From contig CBDCDZ010000004.1 of the NCBI GenBank assembly GCA_965215565.1, forward strand, positions 1,472,001 through 1,536,000: a stretch of 64,000 nucleotides of DNA. Direction: 5' to 3'. Made by a program: the position numbers and the translations under genes. Positions 47,765 to 56,477 of the stretch are shown here, one piece after another (position 1 is the stretch's first letter; every line of letters begins with the position of its first letter). This DNA is from Trueperaceae bacterium. Lineage in GTDB: Bacteria; Deinococcota; Deinococci; Deinococcales; Trueperaceae. Below the pieces are notes generated by a model, which had not been told where the DNA came from, did not search any database, and worked only from the letters and a program-made list of their open reading frames with translations.

Positions 47765-49291
47765 TTACCGCTGGGCGACAGAGGTAAATTTTTTTAGGTG
47801 TGACGAAACAATATCCTGGTTGCGATTCAGCAAAGCCGTTCGCTCTCGGAGCGGGAGGTTGTGATACCCCGCTATATCGAGTGTATCAATGGAAGTTGCG
47901 TCTAAGCGAATCCGACTATACTTAACGTTACCGTAACTATTGTTGAGTCGCGACGTATCGTCCAGGAGTTTGCTGTGCGCATAGGTTTCTAGTAGTGCGT
48001 TGAGGCGGTCCTCTTCATCCTCTTCAAAAGGTGGGTAAGAGAACGGGTCATGGACAGTTTGCCAGGCGGGACTACGCTTCTCCTCAGGCGTCGCACCCAG
48101 CGCTAAGCCAAGAGTTAAGCCAGTTTCGAACACGTCCCAAGGTACGTTATTGTATATGCCGCCATCGATCCATATGCCCGTAAGCTCTTCGGGGCTCAGC
48201 GCCCAAGACTCTGCCTCAGACATCTTTTTGGCTTTCTCGAAGGATATAAGAGTTGGTCTAAATAGGAGTGGGAAGCTCGCCGAGATGCGTACGGCGTCCG
48301 CTACTGCCATCGTAGGAGTAGTGCGGGCGCTAAACACGTGGCTCATTTGTGTCTCGAGGTTGGCCCCGGTGAGTCTCAGGTCGATGCCAAAGCACTCTTT
48401 ATGGCGGGCGAACGACACCCTCATTCGCTGGGCTTCTGATAAGTCCTCAATCCGTTTTACTCCGAAATACACACGGTTGTCCTCATGAATCAGCTCACGC
48501 TCACTAGGCCTCAGCTTTGAATAGATGAGCTGACTCACGAGTTGTACTAGAGACTGCCCCTTAAAGAAACCGAGGTATCTATAAACTGTTTCAGGTATAT
48601 CGTCACCTGCAAGTTTTTGCAACCTGTTCTTATCTAAGGTAGATAGTCCGTTCGCACCGCCCCTTGGCGCGCGCCGCGAGCTCTCACGGAAGAGTTCAGC
48701 TAACACATCATGTATTTCCGACTCCACAGCATACCTAAGGGCGAAGAAGCCAACGTTCCTAGCTACCACTTTGCCTCGTGTGCCAAAAAAAACCCAGCCT
48801 CCTTTCCGTATGTATTGCCTACGGGTATCGACAGTCAGAGGCGCTGATTTTTTAACACCCCATATCGCGCCCTCCCGCTTAGCAGGCTTGTGATCGTAGG
48901 CGAAGTTCTGATCCAATGTAGGTATACCCGCGCTAGCAGCACTTTGGAAGTTCACTACAGCTTTGAGCATTGCGTTGCTGTCGAGCAGCTTAGCCTTCAA
49001 TTCTGCTGAAGTGTAACCCGATGCGGTGAGCGCGGCAATGAGCGAACCGATGCTTGTGCCCGAGAGTCCGATTGTCCCCGGTACGAGTCTACTAAGGCGT
49101 TTGAGAAGGTGACCCTCACGGTAGCTATAGTCTCCGTAAATAAGCACACCCGCTTTCTCCAGTCCAGCGAGCGCCCCTACGTGGGCAACGCCTTTTGCGC
49201 CGCCACCACCGAAGGCGATATTAGCGATATCCTTCAGACGATGTCCTCCTCGGCGCTTTTTGGGAAGCCCGCGGCTGCTTTGCAGGCTCAC
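47765..49291 (-). CDS. patatin-like phospholipase
   Basis: GGGGAKG, GTSIG and DGG catalytic motifs all intact; overlaps the upstream gene by 4 nt. Confidence 0.88.
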   Translation of the reverse strand: MSLQSSRGLPKKRRGGHRLKDIANIAFGGGGAKGVAHVGALAGLEKAGVLIYGDYSYREGHLLKRLSRLVPGTIGLSGTSIGSLIAALTASGYTSAELKAKLLDSNAMLKAVVNFQSAASAGIPTLDQNFAYDHKPAKREGAIWGVKKSAPLTVDTRRQYIRKGGWVFFGTRGKVVARNVGFFALRYAVESEIHDVLAELFRESSRRAPRGGANGLSTLDKNRLQKLAGDDIPETVYRYLGFFKGQSLVQLVSQLIYSKLRPSERELIHEDNRVYFGVKRIEDLSEAQRMRVSFARHKECFGIDLRLTGANLETQMSHVFSARTTPTMAVADAVRISASFPLLFRPTLISFEKAKKMSEAESWALSPEELTGIWIDGGIYNNVPWDVFETGLTLGLALGATPEEKRSPAWQTVHDPFSYPPFEEDEEDRLNALLETYAHSKLLDDTSRLNNSYGNVKYSRIRLDATSIDTLDIAGYHNLPLRERTALLNRNQDIVSSHLKKFTSVAQR

Positions 49292-52197
49292 GTCTTAGCC
49301 TCGTTTAGGTCCGAGCCCTCCTGCAAGATAACTAGGTTCGTTGGTACGGTCACCTCGAAGGGCTTTCCTACATCGACGGGACCTTCGGTTTGCCTCTGCT
49401 TTCTGAGGACAGAAGCCTCCAAGGATGCGATCAACAACTCGCGAAGGATGACGTTAGGTGGTTCGGACGTAAATAGCTCAGGCTTAAGTGAGCCTCCAGT
49501 CATCTGTAGCAGGCTGACAGCAGCAGCGGCGTAGAACTCGTGCCCAGGTCTGACCGGGAGGGTGACGTGTGCTGAGCCCGCTTGAAGAAACCTTCTATGT
49601 TCTGGGTCAGGATCGTCGGCTTTGAGAAGTTGGTCCCAACGATCCAGGTTCGCCCAGAAGTAGGGTGCTAGCTCGAAGACCATGTGCTCCCACTCAAAAG
49701 CCGTCTCGAAAAACCTGATGAGGGGTCCGTGTGCAGCGGCCTTCACGACGTCGGGGCTAAAGCCATCCTGGGCAAGTGAGCCCGTGTCGGGCTTGCTACC
49801 GCGTAATAAGGTGACCACGCCCCGCTTGATCTCGTCCCTCTCAACTTCTCGATTAGTAGTAGGGTTGCGCCCGTCGATGCTCGTCCCTTGCGCCACCTCT
49901 TCGGCAGCCAGCGCTTCTAGGTAGGCTGCCTGCCGCTGTCTGTACGCCTCCATGATGGCGGTATATACCTCGTAACGCCAGGTGTTCCAGGTCTCCTTTG
50001 TAGGTGTGCAGAGAGCCTCGATGACCAGGGGACCATGAGCGGCGGCGACTAAACCTACCGAGGAGAGATAATTGTGTTCTTCTGTCTCTAACGAAATAGC
50101 TGAAACATACAGGTCACCGCCTGCACCGTAGCGCTCTATAAGGTCAACAGCCCGACCCATTCCGGCCCGCACTTTGAAGCCACCCAGCATTTGACCAGTG
50201 CGGACGTAATCTGAACCATAAACTTTCACATGCTGCTCTGCCCCAACTTTCTCAGCTCTATGCTTGTCGAAAGATACAGCTATGGTCGTGTTGAAACCTA
50301 GGGAGGTGCCCCAGACTCTAAGCGCCTCGTAACCATCCGGAACCTTGAGTATGCCCTCATCCCAAGCGACCTGAACGCTCCGGATCGCGTCCGTATTCGA
50401 GTCGACGCGGCGGCTCACCTCGTCTCTCTCGAGGTTAGGCTCCTCGTCGAACTTAAGCGTCAGGGAGACTACCTTTTTCTCGGGAAGCGGTTCGACCGCG
50501 GCACCGTACCGGGCCGCGACGACGCGCCACAGATCGTTAATCGGATCGATATCGGATAGTTCGAGAGGTTTACCATTCACCCTCGGCGGCTCCGGCTTGT
50601 CCAGAACCAGCACCTGACCGACGGGTTGGCTGGCAATCCTGAGGAGATTAGCTCCTGGCTCAGGAAGGACAAACTCGAGCATTAGCCTAACACCATAGTT
50701 ACGAACCTGGACGCTGTAAACCTTATCGACATAGCGGTAGATTCCAACGGTGTGACCGTTAGCGTTCCGGTTGTCAATCTCGTGAGAGTTTGTCTCCTCG
50801 ACCGACTCCACTCGGCGGGTAAGGCGCTGCTCCCTAAAGGTACGCTGTATCCGGGCAGTTGCCAAGCTGGACACCGTTTTCGCGTATTCACTAGCGGTCG
50901 TGCTGACAGACTCACTAAACGTGGTTAAGGAAAAGTCAGCGTAGGTCTCTACGTTTACCGAGGGTCCGTAGCTCGCATCCAGCTTTAGGCCGGCACGCTT
51001 CTCGACCTCTGAGCGCTGCACGTCACGCGCTTCTCTCGTTAAACCAAATCTCTCTTCTGTCTGGAGTTCCTCCTCTGTAGCCTCAAGGATGCTTGTCTCC
51101 ACAAAGGTGACGTCCTCGCGTAGCGTATTTCTAATATGCTCCCTCACCCGGCGCTCGCCCTTAAGGGCGTTCTCGATGTGAGCAATCTCTCCTGCTTCGT
51201 ATCTCTTTAGGTCACGCTCCGCTACCTCGAGGTCAGAGACCTTAAACCCTTGAACGTAGCCCCCCTTGAATTCAGTGAGCGCTTGCGGTCCACTAGCGGA
51301 TGCGGTCGCACTCATCACAATCATCCCACTCCGGACCACAGGTGCACTCGCGGGAGCTACTGAGACCTCGGCATTAAGCAGCATTTGCCTATCGAGTTCA
51401 TTCACTGCCTCTGAAATGGATGTGTCAGCGCTGAGCTGAAGAGATTTTAGTTGGCTGACCTCAGTCTCCTTGAGGGGGACGTCACTGATAACTACAGTCT
51501 GCGGAGGTTCTGCTCTGCCGGGACTATCTCCGGTCGTGTCATCTTGAGGGAGACTTACATCTTGCATGAATCTTTGCTGCTGAAGTGTGAGTGTTGGGCT
51601 GGACGGACTTAAGCTTATCAGACGCCGCTTCAATGCCTGAAGCTGAACCAAGCTCGGGACCGGCGAATCTATTTCAAAAGTCTCAGGCTCAGACATTGTG
51701 TTGCTCTGTGGACCTGGCGCAAACTTAAGATTGAGGGGGAGGACGGGACGCTTGCCAGCTGCTTTACTGACGGCAAGTAGATACTTTACGGCCTGCTTCG
51801 ATGAACCTTGTTCACCTAGTATTAAATCGCTGGCTTCGCTAGCTGCTCCCCTAGCGAGGAGAGACTGGAAGGCCTCGCTAGCCACAACCTCTTGCGGGTC
51901 GCGCTCGAGGATGATGCTTGCCTCCTTAGCTACCTGCTCCTGAGGTGCGTGGGAATTTTGCTTTTGCCACTCGGCTAACGTTTTGTAATTGTCGGGCACG
52001 TCCTCAGGGTCTAGATACTCATCTGAAGCTTTGTTGCGCGTGGCAGCTCGTTCCGCCTCTTCGCGTGTTTTCGCCTCTCTAAGTTCTCTCATAGAAGGAG
52101 TTTCTCTATCCTCAGGGTTGAGGAGAACACCCAACTTCTCTAAAAAATTCTCGTCTGGTGGTCTGACGATGTGGAAACGGAAAACTTCTCTACCCAT
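49288..52197 (-). CDS. large hypothetical protein (YEAGEIAHIEN motif; possible beta-pore-forming fold)
   Basis: About 970-codon ORF, ATG 52197 after GGAGAAGG; Ser/Thr-rich central segment; no signal peptide seen. Confidence 0.8.
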   Translation of the reverse strand: MGREVFRFHIVRPPDENFLEKLGVLLNPEDRETPSMRELREAKTREEAERAATRNKASDEYLDPEDVPDNYKTLAEWQKQNSHAPQEQVAKEASIILERDPQEVVASEAFQSLLARGAASEASDLILGEQGSSKQAVKYLLAVSKAAGKRPVLPLNLKFAPGPQSNTMSEPETFEIDSPVPSLVQLQALKRRLISLSPSSPTLTLQQQRFMQDVSLPQDDTTGDSPGRAEPPQTVVISDVPLKETEVSQLKSLQLSADTSISEAVNELDRQMLLNAEVSVAPASAPVVRSGMIVMSATASASGPQALTEFKGGYVQGFKVSDLEVAERDLKRYEAGEIAHIENALKGERRVREHIRNTLREDVTFVETSILEATEEELQTEERFGLTREARDVQRSEVEKRAGLKLDASYGPSVNVETYADFSLTTFSESVSTTASEYAKTVSSLATARIQRTFREQRLTRRVESVEETNSHEIDNRNANGHTVGIYRYVDKVYSVQVRNYGVRLMLEFVLPEPGANLLRIASQPVGQVLVLDKPEPPRVNGKPLELSDIDPINDLWRVVAARYGAAVEPLPEKKVVSLTLKFDEEPNLERDEVSRRVDSNTDAIRSVQVAWDEGILKVPDGYEALRVWGTSLGFNTTIAVSFDKHRAEKVGAEQHVKVYGSDYVRTGQMLGGFKVRAGMGRAVDLIERYGAGGDLYVSAISLETEEHNYLSSVGLVAAAHGPLVIEALCTPTKETWNTWRYEVYTAIMEAYRQRQAAYLEALAAEEVAQGTSIDGRNPTTNREVERDEIKRGVVTLLRGSKPDTGSLAQDGFSPDVVKAAAHGPLIRFFETAFEWEHMVFELAPYFWANLDRWDQLLKADDPDPEHRRFLQAGSAHVTLPVRPGHEFYAAAAVSLLQMTGGSLKPELFTSEPPNVILRELLIASLEASVLRKQRQTEGPVDVGKPFEVTVPTNLVILQEGSDLNEAKT

Positions 52198-52512
52198 TGG
52201 ACCTTCTCCGCTCGGCAAGAACTATGCTTGTCTTCAAACCTTGGATGCCCAGAGTATACCATCATGTGGCTAAGTACAACCACAGGTATCTTTGTAGCCG
52301 AACTAGCGCTCAGCTGAGCTTCTTATGTGCCCTATCAACATAACACCACAAAGTGACGAGCAGTGGGTTTCACCGAAGTCCGAACGCACTCATTGAAATC
52401 CGTAGTTCTTTCTACTCGCTACGCTTGGGGTAATCCCTAGGGGAGTTACCCGAAAGCCGTATTACATCGTTATTCGACCTTCCCCTCAACCCTTCTTCAA
52501 CACACAAACCTA

Positions 52513-52544
52513 TTGTGCAGCAGACGCGCGCGTTCGTCGCACAA
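52513..52544. repeat. 32-bp boundary site 1
   Basis: TTGTGC-AGCAGAC-GCGCGC-GTTCGTC-GCACAA. Confidence 0.85.
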
Positions 52545-52594
52545 AAAGATAGGTTCCGTTCCTGTGCCCCTCTATACAAATGTTCAGTCCGAGC

Positions 52595-52629
52595 GAACAG
52601 GAGCGGTTCATAGCAGACCGCTCCTGTTC
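52595..52629 (-). terminator. 13-bp hairpin downstream of the phosphoesterase gene
   Basis: GAACAGGAGCGGT/ACCGCTCCTGTTC; no clear T-tract. Confidence 0.5.
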
Positions 52630-52661
52630 ACCTGATTCAGACAGAACGCCTCTGTTTGTCC

Positions 52662-54293
52662 CTACTCCCCGGCGACCTCGAAGACGCGCGTCGCCCGGAA
52701 GGTCTGAGCGTACTGGTCGGTCGTCTCTACGCGGACCTGGTGCACGCCGGGCGCTAGGTCGTCCGGCAGGGGTGCGGTCCAGATGTGCGACGAGTCGATA
52801 GGACCGGGCATCTCCTCGGGGAAACGCTCCTGCAGCTCGCTGATGTAGGGGGCGCCGCGCAGGGTGCGCTCCATCGTCCGCATCTCGCCCCCGTCGATCT
52901 GATAGCGGACGCTGGAAAGCTCGCTGCCGTTAAAGACGTTGGCGACGACTTGCGGTCCGGACCACTGCGCGGGGTCGAGGGTGTTGCCGTCCTGCTGCGC
53001 CTGGGCGACGCTGATGTTCATCTGATAGTCGGCGGCTTCGCCCGCCCCTTTGAGCCGCTCGCGGTAGGCGTTACCCTCAAAGGAGAGGACGTGATGACCG
53101 TTAGGCAGCCCGTCACGAGTGGTGGTGATGGGGATGCCGCGCTCGTCTTCGGGTCCGCCCCACCAGATACCCGAGAGGGTCGTCAGGGTGATGTGATGCA
53201 GCGGGTTGGGCGCTTGAAAGCCGTCTGCTTCGCCGAAGTAACTGTGCTCGGTCTTAGCGTGGACGTGGCCCGAGATGGAGAGCACCCGCTCGCGCCCCGC
53301 CAAGACCTCGAAGAGTGCCTCGCGGTCGGCGGTGTTGATGCCGGCGCTGTCTTCGCGCCCTTGGTCGATCAGGGGGATGTGCATGGCTAAGACGATGAGC
53401 TTGTCCTCCGGGACGAAGCGCAGGTCGTTCTCGAGCCAAGAGAGCTGCGCTTCGCCGATATACCCGCGGTAGCCGCCTGATTCGCCGTCCTCCACCCCGA
53501 AGTACTCGACGTTGTCCAATACCACAAAGTGCGCCTGCCCGTAATCGAACGAGTAGTAGGGCGGGCCGTAGACGCGCTTATAGGTCTCTAGCGAGTAGGC
53601 GTCGTCCGGCGACTGAAAGTTCAGGTCGTGGTTGCCCGGCACGTTCCAGAAGGGGACGCCAATCGTCGCGACGATCTGATTGTAGCGCTCGAACAGGGAC
53701 AGATCGTCGTACATGATGTCGCCGACGGTGATGCCGAAGGCGGCGTCCGTACCGACGATCTCCGTAATCACGTCGTCGCGGATGTAGTCGAGTTCGGTGT
53801 CGTCGCGGGGTTGTGGGTCAGCGAAGGCGAGCGCCTCAAACGGCTCATCCACCTCGGACGCTTGCAGCGGAAAGTCCACCGAGTCGGGCAGCGGACCTGT
53901 CGGCTCGATGCCGTCAAAGTCGAGGTCTAAGTCTTCGGGCGTGCCGTTAGGCTGGTGGATGTAGTAGAACTGCGGCAGCATCACCTCGTTCACCGGGACC
54001 ATGTAGCCAGCGGGTTTGGTGACGAACATGATTATCTCGTCACGAGCGGGCAGCTCATAGCGACCGCTATCGTCTGTTTGCACCACCTCGAGCCCGTTCG
54101 AGACTGACACGCCTGCGACCCCCGGTTCGCCTTCGTCGCGCTGCCGGTTCTCGTCGAGGTCGTGATAGACGACACCCGAAACGCTCTGCCCTGATGCCTG
54201 GGCACCGCCCGTTTCAGCGCCTCCGGTCTCTTGTGCCTGCCCAACCGTGAGCGCTAATAAGCTGGCGAATAACAGTTCTTTGATAGGTAGCAT
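52662..54293 (-). CDS. secreted calcineurin-like metallophosphoesterase
   Basis: Signal peptide; ADPQ, GD, GNHD, HIP, GHVH motifs; ATG 54293 after AGGAG. Confidence 0.88.
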   Translation of the reverse strand: MLPIKELLFASLLALTVGQAQETGGAETGGAQASGQSVSGVVYHDLDENRQRDEGEPGVAGVSVSNGLEVVQTDDSGRYELPARDEIIMFVTKPAGYMVPVNEVMLPQFYYIHQPNGTPEDLDLDFDGIEPTGPLPDSVDFPLQASEVDEPFEALAFADPQPRDDTELDYIRDDVITEIVGTDAAFGITVGDIMYDDLSLFERYNQIVATIGVPFWNVPGNHDLNFQSPDDAYSLETYKRVYGPPYYSFDYGQAHFVVLDNVEYFGVEDGESGGYRGYIGEAQLSWLENDLRFVPEDKLIVLAMHIPLIDQGREDSAGINTADREALFEVLAGRERVLSISGHVHAKTEHSYFGEADGFQAPNPLHHITLTTLSGIWWGGPEDERGIPITTTRDGLPNGHHVLSFEGNAYRERLKGAGEAADYQMNISVAQAQQDGNTLDPAQWSGPQVVANVFNGSELSSVRYQIDGGEMRTMERTLRGAPYISELQERFPEEMPGPIDSSHIWTAPLPDDLAPGVHQVRVETTDQYAQTFRATRVFEVAGE

Positions 54294-54428
54294 AAACCCT
54301 CTCCTCACTGCGTCATTGAGTGTCAGTCTAGCTACCGGTAGCTGAAGTGACCCTAGCAAGCCTATGTCAGAGGGGCGTAAGGGAACACTGTAGACACGCT
54401 GACAGACAAGTGGAAGCAGATTCAGCGC

Positions 54429-54460
54429 TTCTGCGACGAACGCGCGCGTCTCTCGCACAA
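54429..54460. repeat. 32-bp boundary site 2
   Basis: TTCTGC-GACGAAC-GCGCGC-GTCTCTC-GCACAA. Confidence 0.85.
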
Positions 54461-54717
54461 GACTTCAGCTATCTGGTCGCCGTAAATATGGTCCGCGCTG
54501 CTGAGCAACCGGCCTGACTCGAGCAGGTGCTCCGCCTTCAGCTACGTACTTGGCGTAGTTTTTGCTCACATAGACGATGTTTTCAAGTTCACACGGTGCA
54601 AGTAGCGTCACATCGGAGAGCATCACGGTAAGACTGCTGCGTTCAACCAGCAAATTTGTTAGAAGATAGACGGTGCTACCCTTCAATTCTCCCCAATTCA
54701 CGCCGTTTTCGTTAACG

Positions 54718-55899
54718 TCAGGTTTCTTCGTCTATAAAAAGTACATCGCGCACGAGACCGCGGCTGTCCGCCTGACCGCCAAGCGAACCTGCCAGGGTGC
54801 CGAACGCGGCGACGAACAGGCTCAGCTTGATATGGTCGAGCGTTCGCACCGCCGGGTCTACGGTCGGCCACGTCTCCATAAGTTGACGCGGAAAAATCGT
54901 AGCGACGCCCGTGTAGACGAGCGCGGCGAAGGCGGCAAAGATAAACAGCACCGTCAGCGTAAGGCTGAGCAGGATAGCCGCCCCGGTGACGACGCTCGAC
55001 TCGGCTAAACGTCGGCCCCTGCGCCGGGGTACGCCGAAAGCGAAGGCGCGGTAGAGCGCAAACGTTCCCACCGCTACGGACACACCCGCAAACAAGAAGA
55101 GCTGATACAGCTCGACGGTGCTCGCTACGTCCCACATCTCCGGGCTGAAAAACACGACGATGATAACCGACAGCGCTGCGGTAATCAGGGTGGGCAGGCG
55201 CGTCGCCAAACGCAGCGGGTTCGCCCTAGCTACAGCGTAAGCGATACTACGCCAGTCGCTCCGAAGCGTGCGCAGCACGAAACCCCAGCGGTTGCCCTGG
55301 CTCGTGCGCTCGTGCGCTTCACGTGGCAGGGCTAGGCGCACGTGGTTCCGCTGTTCGGGCGTCAGCGTCGCCATCGCGCCCAAATCGTCTACGCTTTCAA
55401 AATCGTACATCGCGTTGTGCGCCTCGTCCGAGTGCGGCAAGTTGAGAAGATGACCGAGCGTATGCAGCAGGAGGTGATTTAGGCGCTGCACGGTGAGCGC
55501 CTCGTCCGCTTCTTCCCCCCAAAAAGCGGGCTCGAGCCGCTTCGTCGAGATGACGCCGATGTTGGTCAGCTGACTCGGCAGGGCGAGGGTGTAAGAAAGT
55601 GTGGTGGCGGCGAGGTCGACTTCAGTGACGATGAGGAGAAAGTCGGCGTTACGCTCGAGTTTTTCGCTCACGCCGAGGCGCAGAAAGTCGAGCGGCGCGT
55701 AGGCTCCGGCGGTCGGGGTGAGGTGCGGTCCGTCGAAACGGAGTAGGTCAACACGCAGCCCTAGTTCGGTGCCAAGCGCCTTGTCAAACGCCGTCACCGC
55801 CTCGTTCGCCAGCCTCTCGAAACGCTCCGAGTGCTTGCCCTCCACGTCTATCGTCATCACACCGACGACGTACTCACGGCTCGAGGGGGTCTTAGACAT
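54718..55899 (-). CDS. membrane protein with zincin-like N-terminal domain
   Basis: HTLGHLLNLPH followed by AM (Met-turn-like); four C-terminal hydrophobic helices. Confidence 0.75.
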   Translation of the reverse strand: MSKTPSSREYVVGVMTIDVEGKHSERFERLANEAVTAFDKALGTELGLRVDLLRFDGPHLTPTAGAYAPLDFLRLGVSEKLERNADFLLIVTEVDLAATTLSYTLALPSQLTNIGVISTKRLEPAFWGEEADEALTVQRLNHLLLHTLGHLLNLPHSDEAHNAMYDFESVDDLGAMATLTPEQRNHVRLALPREAHERTSQGNRWGFVLRTLRSDWRSIAYAVARANPLRLATRLPTLITAALSVIIVVFFSPEMWDVASTVELYQLFLFAGVSVAVGTFALYRAFAFGVPRRRGRRLAESSVVTGAAILLSLTLTVLFIFAAFAALVYTGVATIFPRQLMETWPTVDPAVRTLDHIKLSLFVAAFGTLAGSLGGQADSRGLVRDVLFIDEET

Positions 55900-56321
55900 G
55901 GTTGCTCACTAAGCTGAGTATACGTGACGCGCCTGTGCCAGTTCGGGACAGTTCCCTCAATCAGAAAATTTCTTACGCTAAGGCAAGCTGCCCCGTTTAC
56001 AGCATTCGGTTCGTTTTGATCAGTTGTGTCGGGAACGTTCTACTTGTGAACTAGACACTCAAACCGTCCGAAGAGCAAAGACAGGGCAGCTACGCTTAGT
56101 GCAGCAAAGCTTATTCAGGACTCAACTTATTCGCTTACCGTTAATTTTTTCCAAGCAGGGAACTACCCCTATTTGCGATGTCCCTACGCGGAGAGATGTT
56201 CACTGAGAACTTGATACGGTGATGGAGCTACAACACGCTTGGCTGAATGGCGAGCAAGGGCACCGGATTAGCGGTTCAAGGACCACTAGCGCCCTTTTGC
56301 TTACTCAAGCTGCATAAGTCC

Positions 56322-56353
56322 TTCTGCAACAGTTGCGCGCGTCACACGCATAG
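56322..56353. repeat. 32-bp boundary site 3 (degenerate)
   Basis: TTCTGC-AACAGTT-GCGCGC-GTCACAC-GCATAG. Confidence 0.65.
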
Positions 56354-56477
56354 TGGTCCAATCGGTCTTGCCACAACCTCAGCCTCTTCTCCTGCGTGTA
56401 AGAATGCTGTGAGAGGGACGCTTCTACACTGATGGGACCTGGGCGCAACGGTGCGCCTTTAGGGAAGGGGTAGCGTC

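Noticed and set aside
54294..54458. Upstream extension of the phosphoesterase ORF
   Set aside because: It begins inside boundary site 2; ATG 54293 has an SD and precedes the signal peptide.
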